Assembly (NCBI GenBank): GCA_004431415.1
Contig: QPMI01000553.1
Location: 186,001-250,000, forward strand
Direction: 5' to 3'
From: Cyanophora paradoxa CCMP329
Taxonomy: Eukaryota; Plantae; Glaucophyta
DNA length: 64,000 bases
Part shown: in pieces, positions 26,401-38,400 of the stretch
Position numbering within the stretch: the stretch's first letter is position 1
Layout: the number at the start of each line of letters is the position of its first letter
Program-made: the position numbers and the translations under genes
The notes under the pieces: model-generated
What the model was told of the DNA's origin: nothing
Database searches by the model: none
Seen by the model: only the letters and a program-made list of their open reading frames with translations

Positions 26401-29400
26401 ACATTTTGAACTCTTAGTCTCTTTGAATTTCTTAAGATGACTCAACTTAGTCAACTTAGTCAACTTTGTTACCATAATCAATCAGGGTGGACTCACTTTT
26501 AGATCAACTTTGAAATTTCAAGCAAAATCAACTTGGATTTCAAAAGTGGATCTTCTAAGTGGACTCAAAATGTTCACTTTGTGATACATGTTAGCTCAAA
26601 TCCTTACTGTTTATGGTCAGGGTTGACTAAGTGGGGGGAGTTGACACATTTTTGAAATCCTTTTTAGAAAACTTTAGGTCCCAAATATTTCCTGTGAAAT
26701 TTGAGTCAACTCAACCCACTTAGTCAACCCTTGCATTGAATTCGTAACAAAATCCATATACTATTACTACTTTTACGATTAATATGAGTCAACCTTGAGT
26801 CCACTTAAATATAAATATAATATAATAGGGGGAATCAAGGGGAGATGCTGAGTGTTATTGTAAGGAAATCGAATAGTATTCGAAATACTTGACATTGCTT
26901 AATGTAGGGTGCATTCATATTTCGGCTACATCATACAGTAGAATTCTATTGTAACAAAAGCTACTGTAGAAAGAAAATCATTGTAGAAAGCTATTGTAGG
27001 AAAGGATATATTATATCCTTTTTTAACGATTGCCATTGTAATAAAAAGGTAAATTACCCTGTTTATCATTATAGAAACCCATCAAAACGGGAATCTATCA
27101 TGTTTATGTCTCTCAGTCTTCTCAAATGTTAAGAAATTCATTGTTTTATCGATCTCATCTGCAACTGCTTGTGTTTTATGCTGAGCTTCTTTACCACAAC
27201 TGAATATATCAATTGCTAACATGCCTTCATTGGAATAACAATGAGCTGTGCAATGGCTTTCATCTAATAGCAGAACCAATGCAAAACCAGGAGGTGATAG
27301 TTTGCCATCAAATATCTCACAATGCTTATGAACAATCCTAATACCTTGTCTCAATACTGCTTGTTCAAGGGTTCTCATAATCCAATTACCAAGAAAGCTA
27401 ACATGCTCATAACCTGTTGCTATAGCTGTTTTAGCCTTGTAATCAAGCATTACATGAAAGCCTCTGTATTTAGTCTCCATTAAGAATACCTTAGAAAAAT
27501 TAATTAATCCTAATCGAACCTAATGCAAATATCCCTGTACTCTACTTTGATTGATGAAGTAGCCCTTTTCCTGTAAGCCTGAGAATGCTTTTTGTTGCAT
27601 TCCCTACAACCTGATCCCTTCACATGATTAAAGGGATATGTAAGGATCACCTTGTTACACTGCAAACATCTCACAGATACTTTCTCTTGAGCTTTGATGT
27701 AATGTGTCTCACTGTAATCGAATTTATCTTTACCATGAACTGTCATAGCAGCATCAATAAACTTTTTTGTTTTACTATCCATACTCTATATATAACCAAT
27801 ATTCTTATGGAGCAGTATCCTGTCCAAAAATGGGGAAATATCGATTTGTGCCATAATACTCAGCATAGGTATTCTGCCTTGCAATAAAATCGGTTCTCTC
27901 AGCATATAATACACACTTGTAGATACCAAACTTGGTGGCTCTCACCAGAAACTGATAGTCTTCCAAACCGAAATTGACTCCATGATAAGCAATACCAAAA
28001 TTATCATATGGGGTGATCACAACTGCAAAATTAGGAGTTCCACCCTCCACTTGACATACAGCATATACATCTGGTGGAATATCCACAACAACCTTGTAGT
28101 GGTCACCAATCTCAACAAGAGAATCTACTACTGCTGTCTGTTCATTTACTACAATGGGGAATATTTTGATTATATAGGGGGCATTCATGCTGGGGACATA
28201 GGTTCGAATTCTTGTATTGGGATCAATGGGATTGGGTTGATCATTCACAAATAAAGGCGCTCCAACAGCCCCACCAACCCTAAGACCATCACCAATATAA
28301 GCTCCCCCCGATTTGCAGTTAATAGCTCCCGACCTAGATTCAAAAGAATAAGTAGACAGAGGATCTCCATAGCTATCTGGGTCTCCATAATGAGCAGAAA
28401 AGTTTGCATTTGTCACAAGTAGCTTAGTTGTCTTAACTATTCCATTATTTTTATCACATCTGAGTTCCTGTAATCTCAGTTTATGGGTGGAACCAAAGGT
28501 GTTCATTGTAGGTTGGACCTCTGTTGATTGGAGACCCTCTACATCATCAAAGGTAGCATGCTGTAAAACATGGTTTGCTGGGGCAGCTAATGATAGTTGA
28601 GGTGTAATAATTCGTTCAAGTGGGGGTTGCTCAGCCATTTTACATTAAAGGGATATATCTTTTATGGGGTTGGGTCATCAATTACATCTAATTCTTGGTA
28701 AAATCCTGTTGTGAATATATCAGCAACATTTACCCCACGAAGTGCTGATACAGCTGCTATATCTGTTCTCAGTCCCATAATCATAGTATTGTATACTCCA
28801 ACCTCAGTGACAAACAGATCATAGGTAAATGTCAAATTGTTATAAACACAATATCCTCTGCCAAAATGGTTCGAAGCTTGAACAAAGAATAAGTAGTTGT
28901 GTCCTGGTTGATTATTATTGGCTCTACACATGGAAAGCATTGCAGTGGGAAGAGGAATATTTCTTCTTACTCGATCAGTTCCTGTAATGGAAACTAATTC
29001 CGAATTCTCAAGAGTTACAGAGGATGCAACATAGAAATGCAAAAAAGGTTGCTGTGCAACAGGTGTGTAGAAACGAATTCGTTGTGGGTTCTCCACATTT
29101 TGTTCGAGAGTATCTGGGACATCATTGTAGGAAACAGATGAAGATAGCTGACCTGAAACTCTGCAGCCACCACCAATAAATGCTCCTCCTGATCTCACAG
29201 TTACAGCAGCAGTGTTTTTATCATAATCAAGGGCTTTCAGATCAACACTGTAAGCATCAGGACCTCCATTAGTAGGCTGGAAAAAGTTAGCATTTGTGAC
29301 AAGAAGTCGAGTTGTTTTAACCACACCAGAATTCTTATCAGCTCTCAGCTCTTTAACTCGAATAATCGAATTTTTATCAAAGGAGTTGCCATTGGAATTG

Positions 29401-32400
29401 GGTCTCTCTGTGGATTCTAAACCACGAACCTCATCATTTACTTCATGCTGGCGAAAATGCATTGCAGGGGATCCAAGGGAATATATAGGCAGTTGAACTC
29501 GATTATATTCACCCATTGCTTCTTTTACTAAGAAGGAAAGAAAAATAATGTTCATTGTTCTTCTGTGACATAATTATATTCGATACCTTTCTTTACAGTT
29601 CCCCTTTGGAATGCCTGTAAAACGATGGCTTCCTTTGAGGTTGGTATTTGAATTCCTGATGCAATGCAAGACTGGATCTCTTTCTGAACAATATCATCAA
29701 TTGCAATTCTTGCCCTGTTATGAACCACATTATCAATCCAATCCTGAACAGAAGCTGCACAGAATTCCATTCCCAGCTTCTCAGTATCTGAGAGAACTAC
29801 TTGGTAGATATTCGACATTCCTACTTTATAAAGAGAAAATTTATGTGACACTCAAAAGTTCACCTGTGAATGTTGTTCGATTTGTGTAGCTACCCCCATT
29901 ATTTGTTACAAGTGTTATATACTCACCCATAGCAATGTTAAGAATTACACTAATGTAAAGCGGTTTATTCGTAAGAGTTGAGTCATTTTGTGTTATGATA
30001 CTTTGACCCCCTGGGTCTTGGTCATTTACTTTTAAAGAGAGACTTATTGGACTACTTGAAGTTGAATGGGTATATGCTGTAAATCTGTAATGACCTGCAA
30101 CAGGAGCAGTGAACCTTCCATTACTGACATTGAATGCCCCCTATTATTCACAAACACTACTCCCCAATTGATAAGAGCAGTTTCACTGGTAGCAACATGA
30201 GGATAATTAAGTTGAACAGAAAATCGAGGCTGATAGTCATATTTTAAATAACAATTTGTGTTGATTGTCAAGCGATTGGCTTCCAGAGTAGCCATAATAT
30301 CACTGTTGCGTTTCAAAACAAGATTCACATTTGCTCCTGTATCGATTTCAGGTGTGACCACCTTGGAAGTTGCTGTTATTATCGATTGTGTTGTTTCTGG
30401 AATACTTATGCCTCCATTGGCTGTTACTGAACCTGTAAATGTGCTTGTTCCTGTAATGTTTACTTGATTGGCTGTTAGAGTTCCATCAATCCTTGCCCCA
30501 TCTCCAATATATGCCCCTCCACTTCTAACTGAAAGAGCAGCATTATTAATTGTATTATCAAAAGTAACTATTTTGGGTGTGGTGAACCCTCCCACATTGT
30601 CATAAATTGCTGTATCTGAAACAATTTGACCTGATTGGACTTGGTTCTTGTTAGATACAATGAGTCCTGTGGTTCTTATTTTTCCCCATTGCGATCACAT
30701 CGAATTTCTTTGCATCTAATCACAGAATTTTGTGAAAACGAATCAGCCCCTGTTGTTTCTGTGCAAATAAACCCAGGTGTTGCATCTGTTACTGTATGGT
30801 TCAGTTGATGTATTTTTGGGGCGGCATAACAGAAAACAGGAACTGCTATTTGTGTGGACATTCTTTATATTATACAGATAATATTATGTAGCAGTAACAA
30901 GATAACAAGAAAAATAGTATCTGATATCAAATTGAAGACTGGCTCCAGAAGAATTGCGTATATCAAAGGAGTCACCTTCAATAACAGAAAGTAAAATTTC
31001 ATATGAAATTGGAGTTACAAATGTATTAGAAATCCCTGCGGACGGCATTGAAACCCTTGTTTGGATGGTTGTAGGATTTCCATTTAAATAAATGCTGGTA
31101 GCAATATGAGTATAAGAGGTTGTGCCAGCTCTCATACATGCAAAGAACACCCTATATACTCCGGAAACAGGAGCTGTAAATTTTGTGGATGAAAAGTTTC
31201 CTTCATTGTTTACAAGATAAGCTCCATTTATAAAGTTAAAGGGTGTTCCAGCTGTAAGTATTATGGACCCTGTCAAACCAGGAGCTTGTCTTGATATATT
31301 CATTCTTGGACAATAGGATCGTTTCAGACCACTATTTTCCGGGATTGTGATTGCTTTCAGATCTGTTATTGTCTTTTCGAGAGTGAAAATGGTATTTCCG
31401 TTTCGTTTATAATTCACATTTGCATCTGTCCCATTATCCATCTCAGGTGCATTAACTCTTGTTGTAGCTTTTCGAGTTTCAACGCTAACATTTCCCAAGA
31501 GTCCACCATTGAAGGTCATCAATCCTGTAAATGAACTTGTCCCATTCACATTTAATTGATTCGCTGTTACAGTCCCTGCAACATTTGCCCCATCTCCAAT
31601 GTATGCTCCTCCACTCTTGACAACAAGAGCCGAATTATTTATTGTGTTATCGAAAGTTACTATCTTTGCTGTGGTGAATCCACCCACATTATCATACACT
31701 GCTGAATCTGGGACTACTTGACCTGCTTGAACTTGATTTTTATTCGAGATAATAATTCCTGTGGTTCTTATCTTGCCTCCATTTCGATCACATCGAATTT
31801 CTTTGACTCTGAGTATATTATTCTCTGTGAAAGAGGTATTACTTGAAGTTTCAGTGCAAATATACCCAGGTGTTGAATCAACTACTCCATGAGAGGTGCT
31901 ATGAAGTGATTTGGCTGCAAGTTCATAGTTTGGGATTTCTAATAGAGAGGTCATCTTTATAATTACGAAATAGTTAAATTGCGACAGCAATGTAATGAAT
32001 TGTAACTGGAAATCCTGGTCTGTCAAAAGAACTTAATGGAACTATGTCAAGCTCACAAGTGAAATAGCTACTGTAAACTTGTTTAAGCCTAACATACATT
32101 CGATAGTAGTAGGCTGTCTCATTGTGTTGTATACCAGTTGTTACAATAGGAGGGTTAGCAAAGCTGCTGTTGAAATTAATAGTGAGGTTAAACCTATGGT
32201 CAGGATTTGCCCAAAGATAAGGAGTAGTGTAAACATACGTTCCTGCTTGGATTTTCCCATTAAAATATGCATTGAGTTGACTGGAAAGATCTGCCTCTGT
32301 AATACATCGACTGATGGTCGCATTATTTGAGGGGTTCATAGCATAGAAATTTCTTGCATAGGCATTTCCACGAACAAGTAAGGTTTTATCAAAGTAATTC

Positions 32401-35400
32401 TGCGAATTGTGGAAGAACCATGTTTCTTCAAACATAGGTCCTGCTGGTTCTACAATCTGACCTGATCCTACATACATTGTGTTGTTGGCTCTGATTGTGG
32501 TGGCTGTGAAAGGATCAAGAGTTGGTCTATTGGTCAAATCATTGTAGTTTCCTGAGAAAATTGCAGGTTTGTTATAGATATCTGTATTCCAATCATGAGT
32601 GTGTGCAAAATCTGTAATCTCTGCCTTTGTGTGGGTGTGACCAACATATGCAACATTTCCAAGATCTGTAATCTCTGCCTTGGTATGGGTGTGACCCACA
32701 TATGCAACATTTCCGAGATCTAATATCTCTGATTTAACATGAGTGTGAGCGAAATTTGTGATATCTGCTCTTGTGTGGAAGTGTGCAAAATCTGTAATTT
32801 GTGATTTGGTGTGAGTGTGTGCAAAATCTGTGATTTCTGCCTTTGTGTGGGTGTGTGATCTATTATTTAGATCAAGGAAACTACCCGAAAATGCAACAGG
32901 ATGCAGATTTGCAGCAGTAGGTTTATTTATGAGATCATTATAATCTCCTGTGAAAGAGATGGTCTTTAGTTCACCCCTTCCTACATAATCAGAAGGGAGA
33001 TCAATCTTAATGGGCATAATAGCTGGATCATCAGGTATCTCATACTCACCTCCTGGATGAACCACAGGAAAGGTTTGATTGCTTTCAGTATGGACAAAGA
33101 AGTTACATGCTGTTACTGTTCCATCAATAGTCCCACCTGTGAGAGGGAGGTAATTGCCTGTAACACCAATACCTATACCTGCAATGATTGTATTTAGTTC
33201 TGTTTCATCTATGTAGTTCTGAGCTTGAAGGTAATCCTCTGTGACTACTCTCGAAATGCTCTCATTGTGTATGTTTTTTGCAGCCATTCTTTGATTGGCT
33301 TCCAGAACCCCACCATAATCTGTTTTAATCCATGCAAGCTCTGCCCTTCCATAATTATCATTTGCAGTTCCCACTATGGGAATGTAGGAATACTTATCTC
33401 GACTGAAAACTATCATTGGTCTTGAGCCATCTAAGCTGCTTACATCTGCTACATGAACCTGTATAGCAGAGTTGTAATTTTGGTAGGTTGCTGGGTCTGT
33501 TGGGACTCTGAATGTATCTGTGGGAATGTCAGCCTCCATGTAGCTTGACACAAAGATATTTGGTATGGTTGCTCCTGGTGGTGGTGGGGTTTCAAAAGAG
33601 CCTGGTAATGTCCTAATATGAAGTGGTCCTCTCATAGCTGAATTTGCAAGTGTCCCATTCACATGAACATAGTGTTCATTCAAAAAGATCCTTTCAGGGA
33701 TATTACAAGTCTGGTAAAGAGAAACCCCCAAGTTATCAAGAGGCTCCACCTTTGCAAATTCTGGTTGGTCATTGATCTCATCCCAAATATGTTCATGTTT
33801 GCTTGGTGGGAACTCAGTTGGAATCCCATCAATTTCACCCCAATCATGCCTGTGATCCTCTGGTGGATACTTTTGAGGTTTGCCTAAGATCTCATCCCAA
33901 TCATGATTGTGATCCTCTGGGGGATACTTTGCAGGTTTATTATTAATTTGTTCATAATCAGGAAAGAACTCCCAGATCTCAGGTCGAAATCCATCTGGTA
34001 ATAATTCCTCATGGGGTTCATAAGGTTGCTCATAATCAACAACTGGTGGATCATGCCCATCTGGCAAATACTCCTCATCAGGTTCATAGTTCTGCTCATA
34101 CTCAAACTCTTGTGGATCTAAGCCATCTGGTAGTATCTCCTCCTCATTGGGATCAAACTGATCATATTCATATTCTTGTGGGTCAAAACCATCTGGTAAA
34201 TATTCTTCCTCATCTGGAACGAATTGATATTCATCAAGCTCTAATATATCGATTTCAGGAGGTAAATACTGCTCATCTATTTGCTTTTTTGGTTCAATTA
34301 TAGGTTTATTGCGAACTTGCTCCCAACTAACAATGTGCTGCCCAAAGGCTACATCTTCAGTTGCTGTGTATTCTCTTCCAGGCTGTTTCTTTGGTGTTAA
34401 ATCGGGAGGTCCATTTGGAAATGGAATAGGGAATGGGACTGTTGGTCCATTGGGACCATAATGCTCAATTATTTCCCTTAGAGTTTTCTCACTCACAAGT
34501 TTCTCCCCATTTGCATACACATTGCTGCCATGGATATTTCGCCATTGCCTGGTTCTAATTCCAAGGTCTTTCACATTGCTATACAAAGGCAAAAGGTGCC
34601 TATCCATTTCGACTAAATCAGGGTGTAAATGGATTGCTACTGGTTGACTGGGGCTACTGTTGATTGTAATTGATGGCTTTTTTTGATGGACATCTTTTGG
34701 AGTAAAAAACCCAAAAGGCTCATTCCTCGCAAAGTCATATGTAATATCCTTGGGGTAGACATCATTTGTGTAGGAGACCTGATTTGTGTTGGCAATGGGA
34801 CCCACTTGCAATACTTGGGGGACCTCAGCTTTTGGAGTGCTGCCCTCATTGTAAATTCGCAAAGCTGTGTTCTGTTTGCCCTGCTCATCTTGAACATTGA
34901 AAATCAATCGACCACTATCGAACCTGGAAGGTATATCTGGGTGAGTGCCACTGGTTTTTAGTTTCCTAGGTCTCCTTCTTGTTGCTTTGATCTCTGCCAC
35001 TTGGTTTGCTTTCACATTACCCAAACTAAAAGCAACACTGACCTCCTCTTTATCTGGATCGGTTTGATTCACAGATAAAGCATGCTCCCTTGATTGAGTC
35101 TTTGATGAATTATCAGAGCTGTGGTCAATTGAAACTGAACCCTTTACTTTAATATTATCAAAGTTCACATGCTTGGTGCTGCTTGCATTATCATCTTGAA
35201 TGGTTTCTAGATTTGGTGGGTAATTGAAGCTCATGGCTTTTACTATATGGATTTATAAAATTCCTGATAAGTAAAAGATGCCTCTCAAGGTCGCTTTAGC
35301 TTTATCAGGGGGAGGTGCAAGGGGCATTATCATAACCAGGCTGCTCAAAGAAATCGAAAATCGAACTGGCAGGAGAATAATCGATCTTGTGGATCTTGTG

Positions 35401-38400
35401 AGTGGAACTTCCACTGGTGGGATCATTGCTATTGGGTTAAACATCAGGCATCCTGATAAACCAGGTGAACCTAAACTCACAGCAAACGATTTACACAATA
35501 TTTACCTAACTCAACTGCCCTTGATTTTCGCAAATCCTCGAAATATCATCGAAAATGCCCTATTTAACACAAAGTATGATGTGGGACCCTTGGAGACTGC
35601 AATCAATTCAGTTACTGGTGAATCACTAATACAGGATTCCCTAAAGGACATTGTGATCACATCCTTTGATACTCAGAATATGAAACCAATATTTATCACA
35701 AATGATAACAATTACAACTTTATGCCTTGTAAGATTGCTGCTAGGGCTACTTCTGCTGCTCCTACATACTTTTCACCTGTAAGCATTGTTGATTTCAATC
35801 GGGGAGTATATGTCTGTCTCATTGATGGTGCCATTTCGGGTAACAATAATCCCAGTGTGTGTGGTTACAGCCATGCAAAGAAGATTTACAGTGATGATGA
35901 TGATATTATAGTAATAAGTATCTCTTGTGGAGAGGTGGACCCACATTTAGAGTCTGACTATGTGGGTTATGCTTATGAGACTGTGAACAGCTGGGGCATT
36001 CTCTCATGGATTGCCTCAACAGATGGAAGCCCATTGATTAACATGCTCATGGCTGCAAGTGAGCTTTCTGCCCTTGATAAGATGGAGGAGTTGTTACCCT
36101 ACAACTATGATCAGGATTATGGGAGATACTATAGGCTATCAGTCCCTCTTCCAAACCATATAGTAAGCTCCCTTGATGACACTTCTAAAATCCCAGATAT
36201 GCTTTCTTTCACAGAAACATACATAGCAGCAAACAATGATATGATCAATAAGCTTTGCAGCCTTTTAGTAGCAAACTATGAACTAAAGAACCCTACAAAG
36301 GCTTACATCTCATCCACTCTCACTACATCACCTCCTTTGGATGCTAATTGGTATCAGCTTGCAGATGATGCCTTCACTGCCTCATCCTCTGTGACTGGTA
36401 AAGAGCCTTTCATGGCTAGACCTTCAGCATTTGGCTGGGAAGCTGGAGCCTATGCTCCTGAACAGATATGGGAAACCCCCACTGAATACCTACAAGTTGC
36501 TTTTCCATATACTTTTGAACTCTCTTCTGTGATTGCCTATGGATCAGGGGACACCAATGCTTTTATTAAGACTTTCAATGTGGCAACATCCACTGATGGG
36601 ATCAACTGGTCTTTTATTCGATCAGATGGGCAGAACAAAATATATGTCTGTGAGAACATCAACAATGCTCACAACTCTGGTGATGTGGCTTTATTGAGTG
36701 GATTCCCTCTCAGCATCAAGGATGCTTTTTACATAGGTTTTTCTCTCAGAATTAAATATATTCGCATTTATCCCCTTGTGTATGTGAATGCTCCCACAAT
36801 GAGAGTTGATTTCACAGGTGCCTTTATTCGATAAACTCCAACTGAAAAGAATTATCGATTCCATTCATATCAATCAGTTCACCAAAGTAATCTTTAAATT
36901 CAACTGTGAGTTCCCTTATCACCAGGTTTCTGTCATTTATCTGAATGAATTCTGCATGCTCACCACTATGGTAAACATAGCCACCTATATCCTTACTCAA
37001 TTGTAATCTAAGGATAGCCCCCTGGTTATGTGGTTGCGATTTCGGAATTATATTGTGTCTGCTGGCAAAGGGGGCTAGCTCTTTAATATGCATGTACAGA
37101 TACTGCTCAGCATTCATATCAGACATCTTCCTGCTGTCAAAATAATACTGCAAGGGCTTTGAGGAGAGTCTGGGTCCTGAGAAGGTGATTCCCCATGCTG
37201 GGTGATCAGGTGTAATAGGTTTACCATCATACTTTAAAAGGTTCTCAGGTCGATATGGAGATCCACCAACAGGAGGAGTGCTATAATACCCAGTGGTGTA
37301 TTCAGTAGAACTCACACCCAAAAGCTTCCCTATTCGCTTGTTGCTTGCAATAAAACGAAACTCATGATTACTGTAAAACTCCACTTTATAGGTTGTTGGG
37401 TTGTAGAATATCTTGAACTCAAAAGCTACTGTTTTGCCTGCAATGGTTTGGAAGCTTGAATAGTTCAGCCCATAATTATAAGGGTGTGTTACCCCAAAAT
37501 GACCCTGATTGATGTAGCCACTGGGAAGGGGATACACTTGTTGTGTGATCACTTGGTTATATGAACCATCTTGGTAATTAAACTGAACTGTTAGATGATC
37601 AGTTCCCACACTGTTATAGATACTGTTTGGAATCTCTGCATATAGAACCCTGCATTCTCTTGGTCTCTCTACTGGAGTTGTGAGGGTGACCCTGTAAGAG
37701 TTTTCATTTTGTCCTTGGCTTCTATCCCTGCTATCAATATTAACGAGCCGGTTCATTTTAATATATAAATATAGATAAAAGAAGAATGCCTGTGGATTAC
37801 ATCGAGGTTAGCTCATTTAATACAATCTCTGGTGATGGTCCCACATCAAGCTTTGTGGCTCGACTTCCCAGTACTTATGAGAATGTGAGGGCTGTGAGAC
37901 TGGTCTCAGCCGAATTTTATAACAGCATCCCTATGGTGAGTGGTGAAACCAAAGCAGGAGATGTAACAGTTGATAACACATTTAGTATTTATTATTCTGA
38001 ACAAACTCCTGGAGCTGGAAGCTCAGGAATTCCAACAACTCGTCCAGCTGCTGATTTTGAACAATGGAAACAGTTCATGGTAAATCGCGAGACCCCCATC
38101 CAAAGCCACCAACAGCTGGTGAATGTAATCAACTCAAAATTCATTGGCAGAACTCCCCAACCATCCATTCGCTGCAAATGGGATGAATCACTGAAACGAA
38201 TTATATTCCACTCAGCAGTGCCTTTTTACCTGGCTTTTTCACTTGCTGTAAACCCAAGCCAACAAACAATCCAAAAGCTATTGAGTTCAGCTAGACTGCT
38301 TGGTCTTGATCCTGGAAGATATGGGAATTCCCCAATCAAATCCCAAGTTTATGATGCTCTCACTGATGGAATCTTTACTGATGGTCGAGTGAATGGCATT

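Noticed and set aside
27805-35234. Diversity-generating retroelement acting on the fibre genes
   Set aside because: No template/variable repeat pair with adenine-specific differences was seen, and the only RT belongs to the YR retrotransposon.
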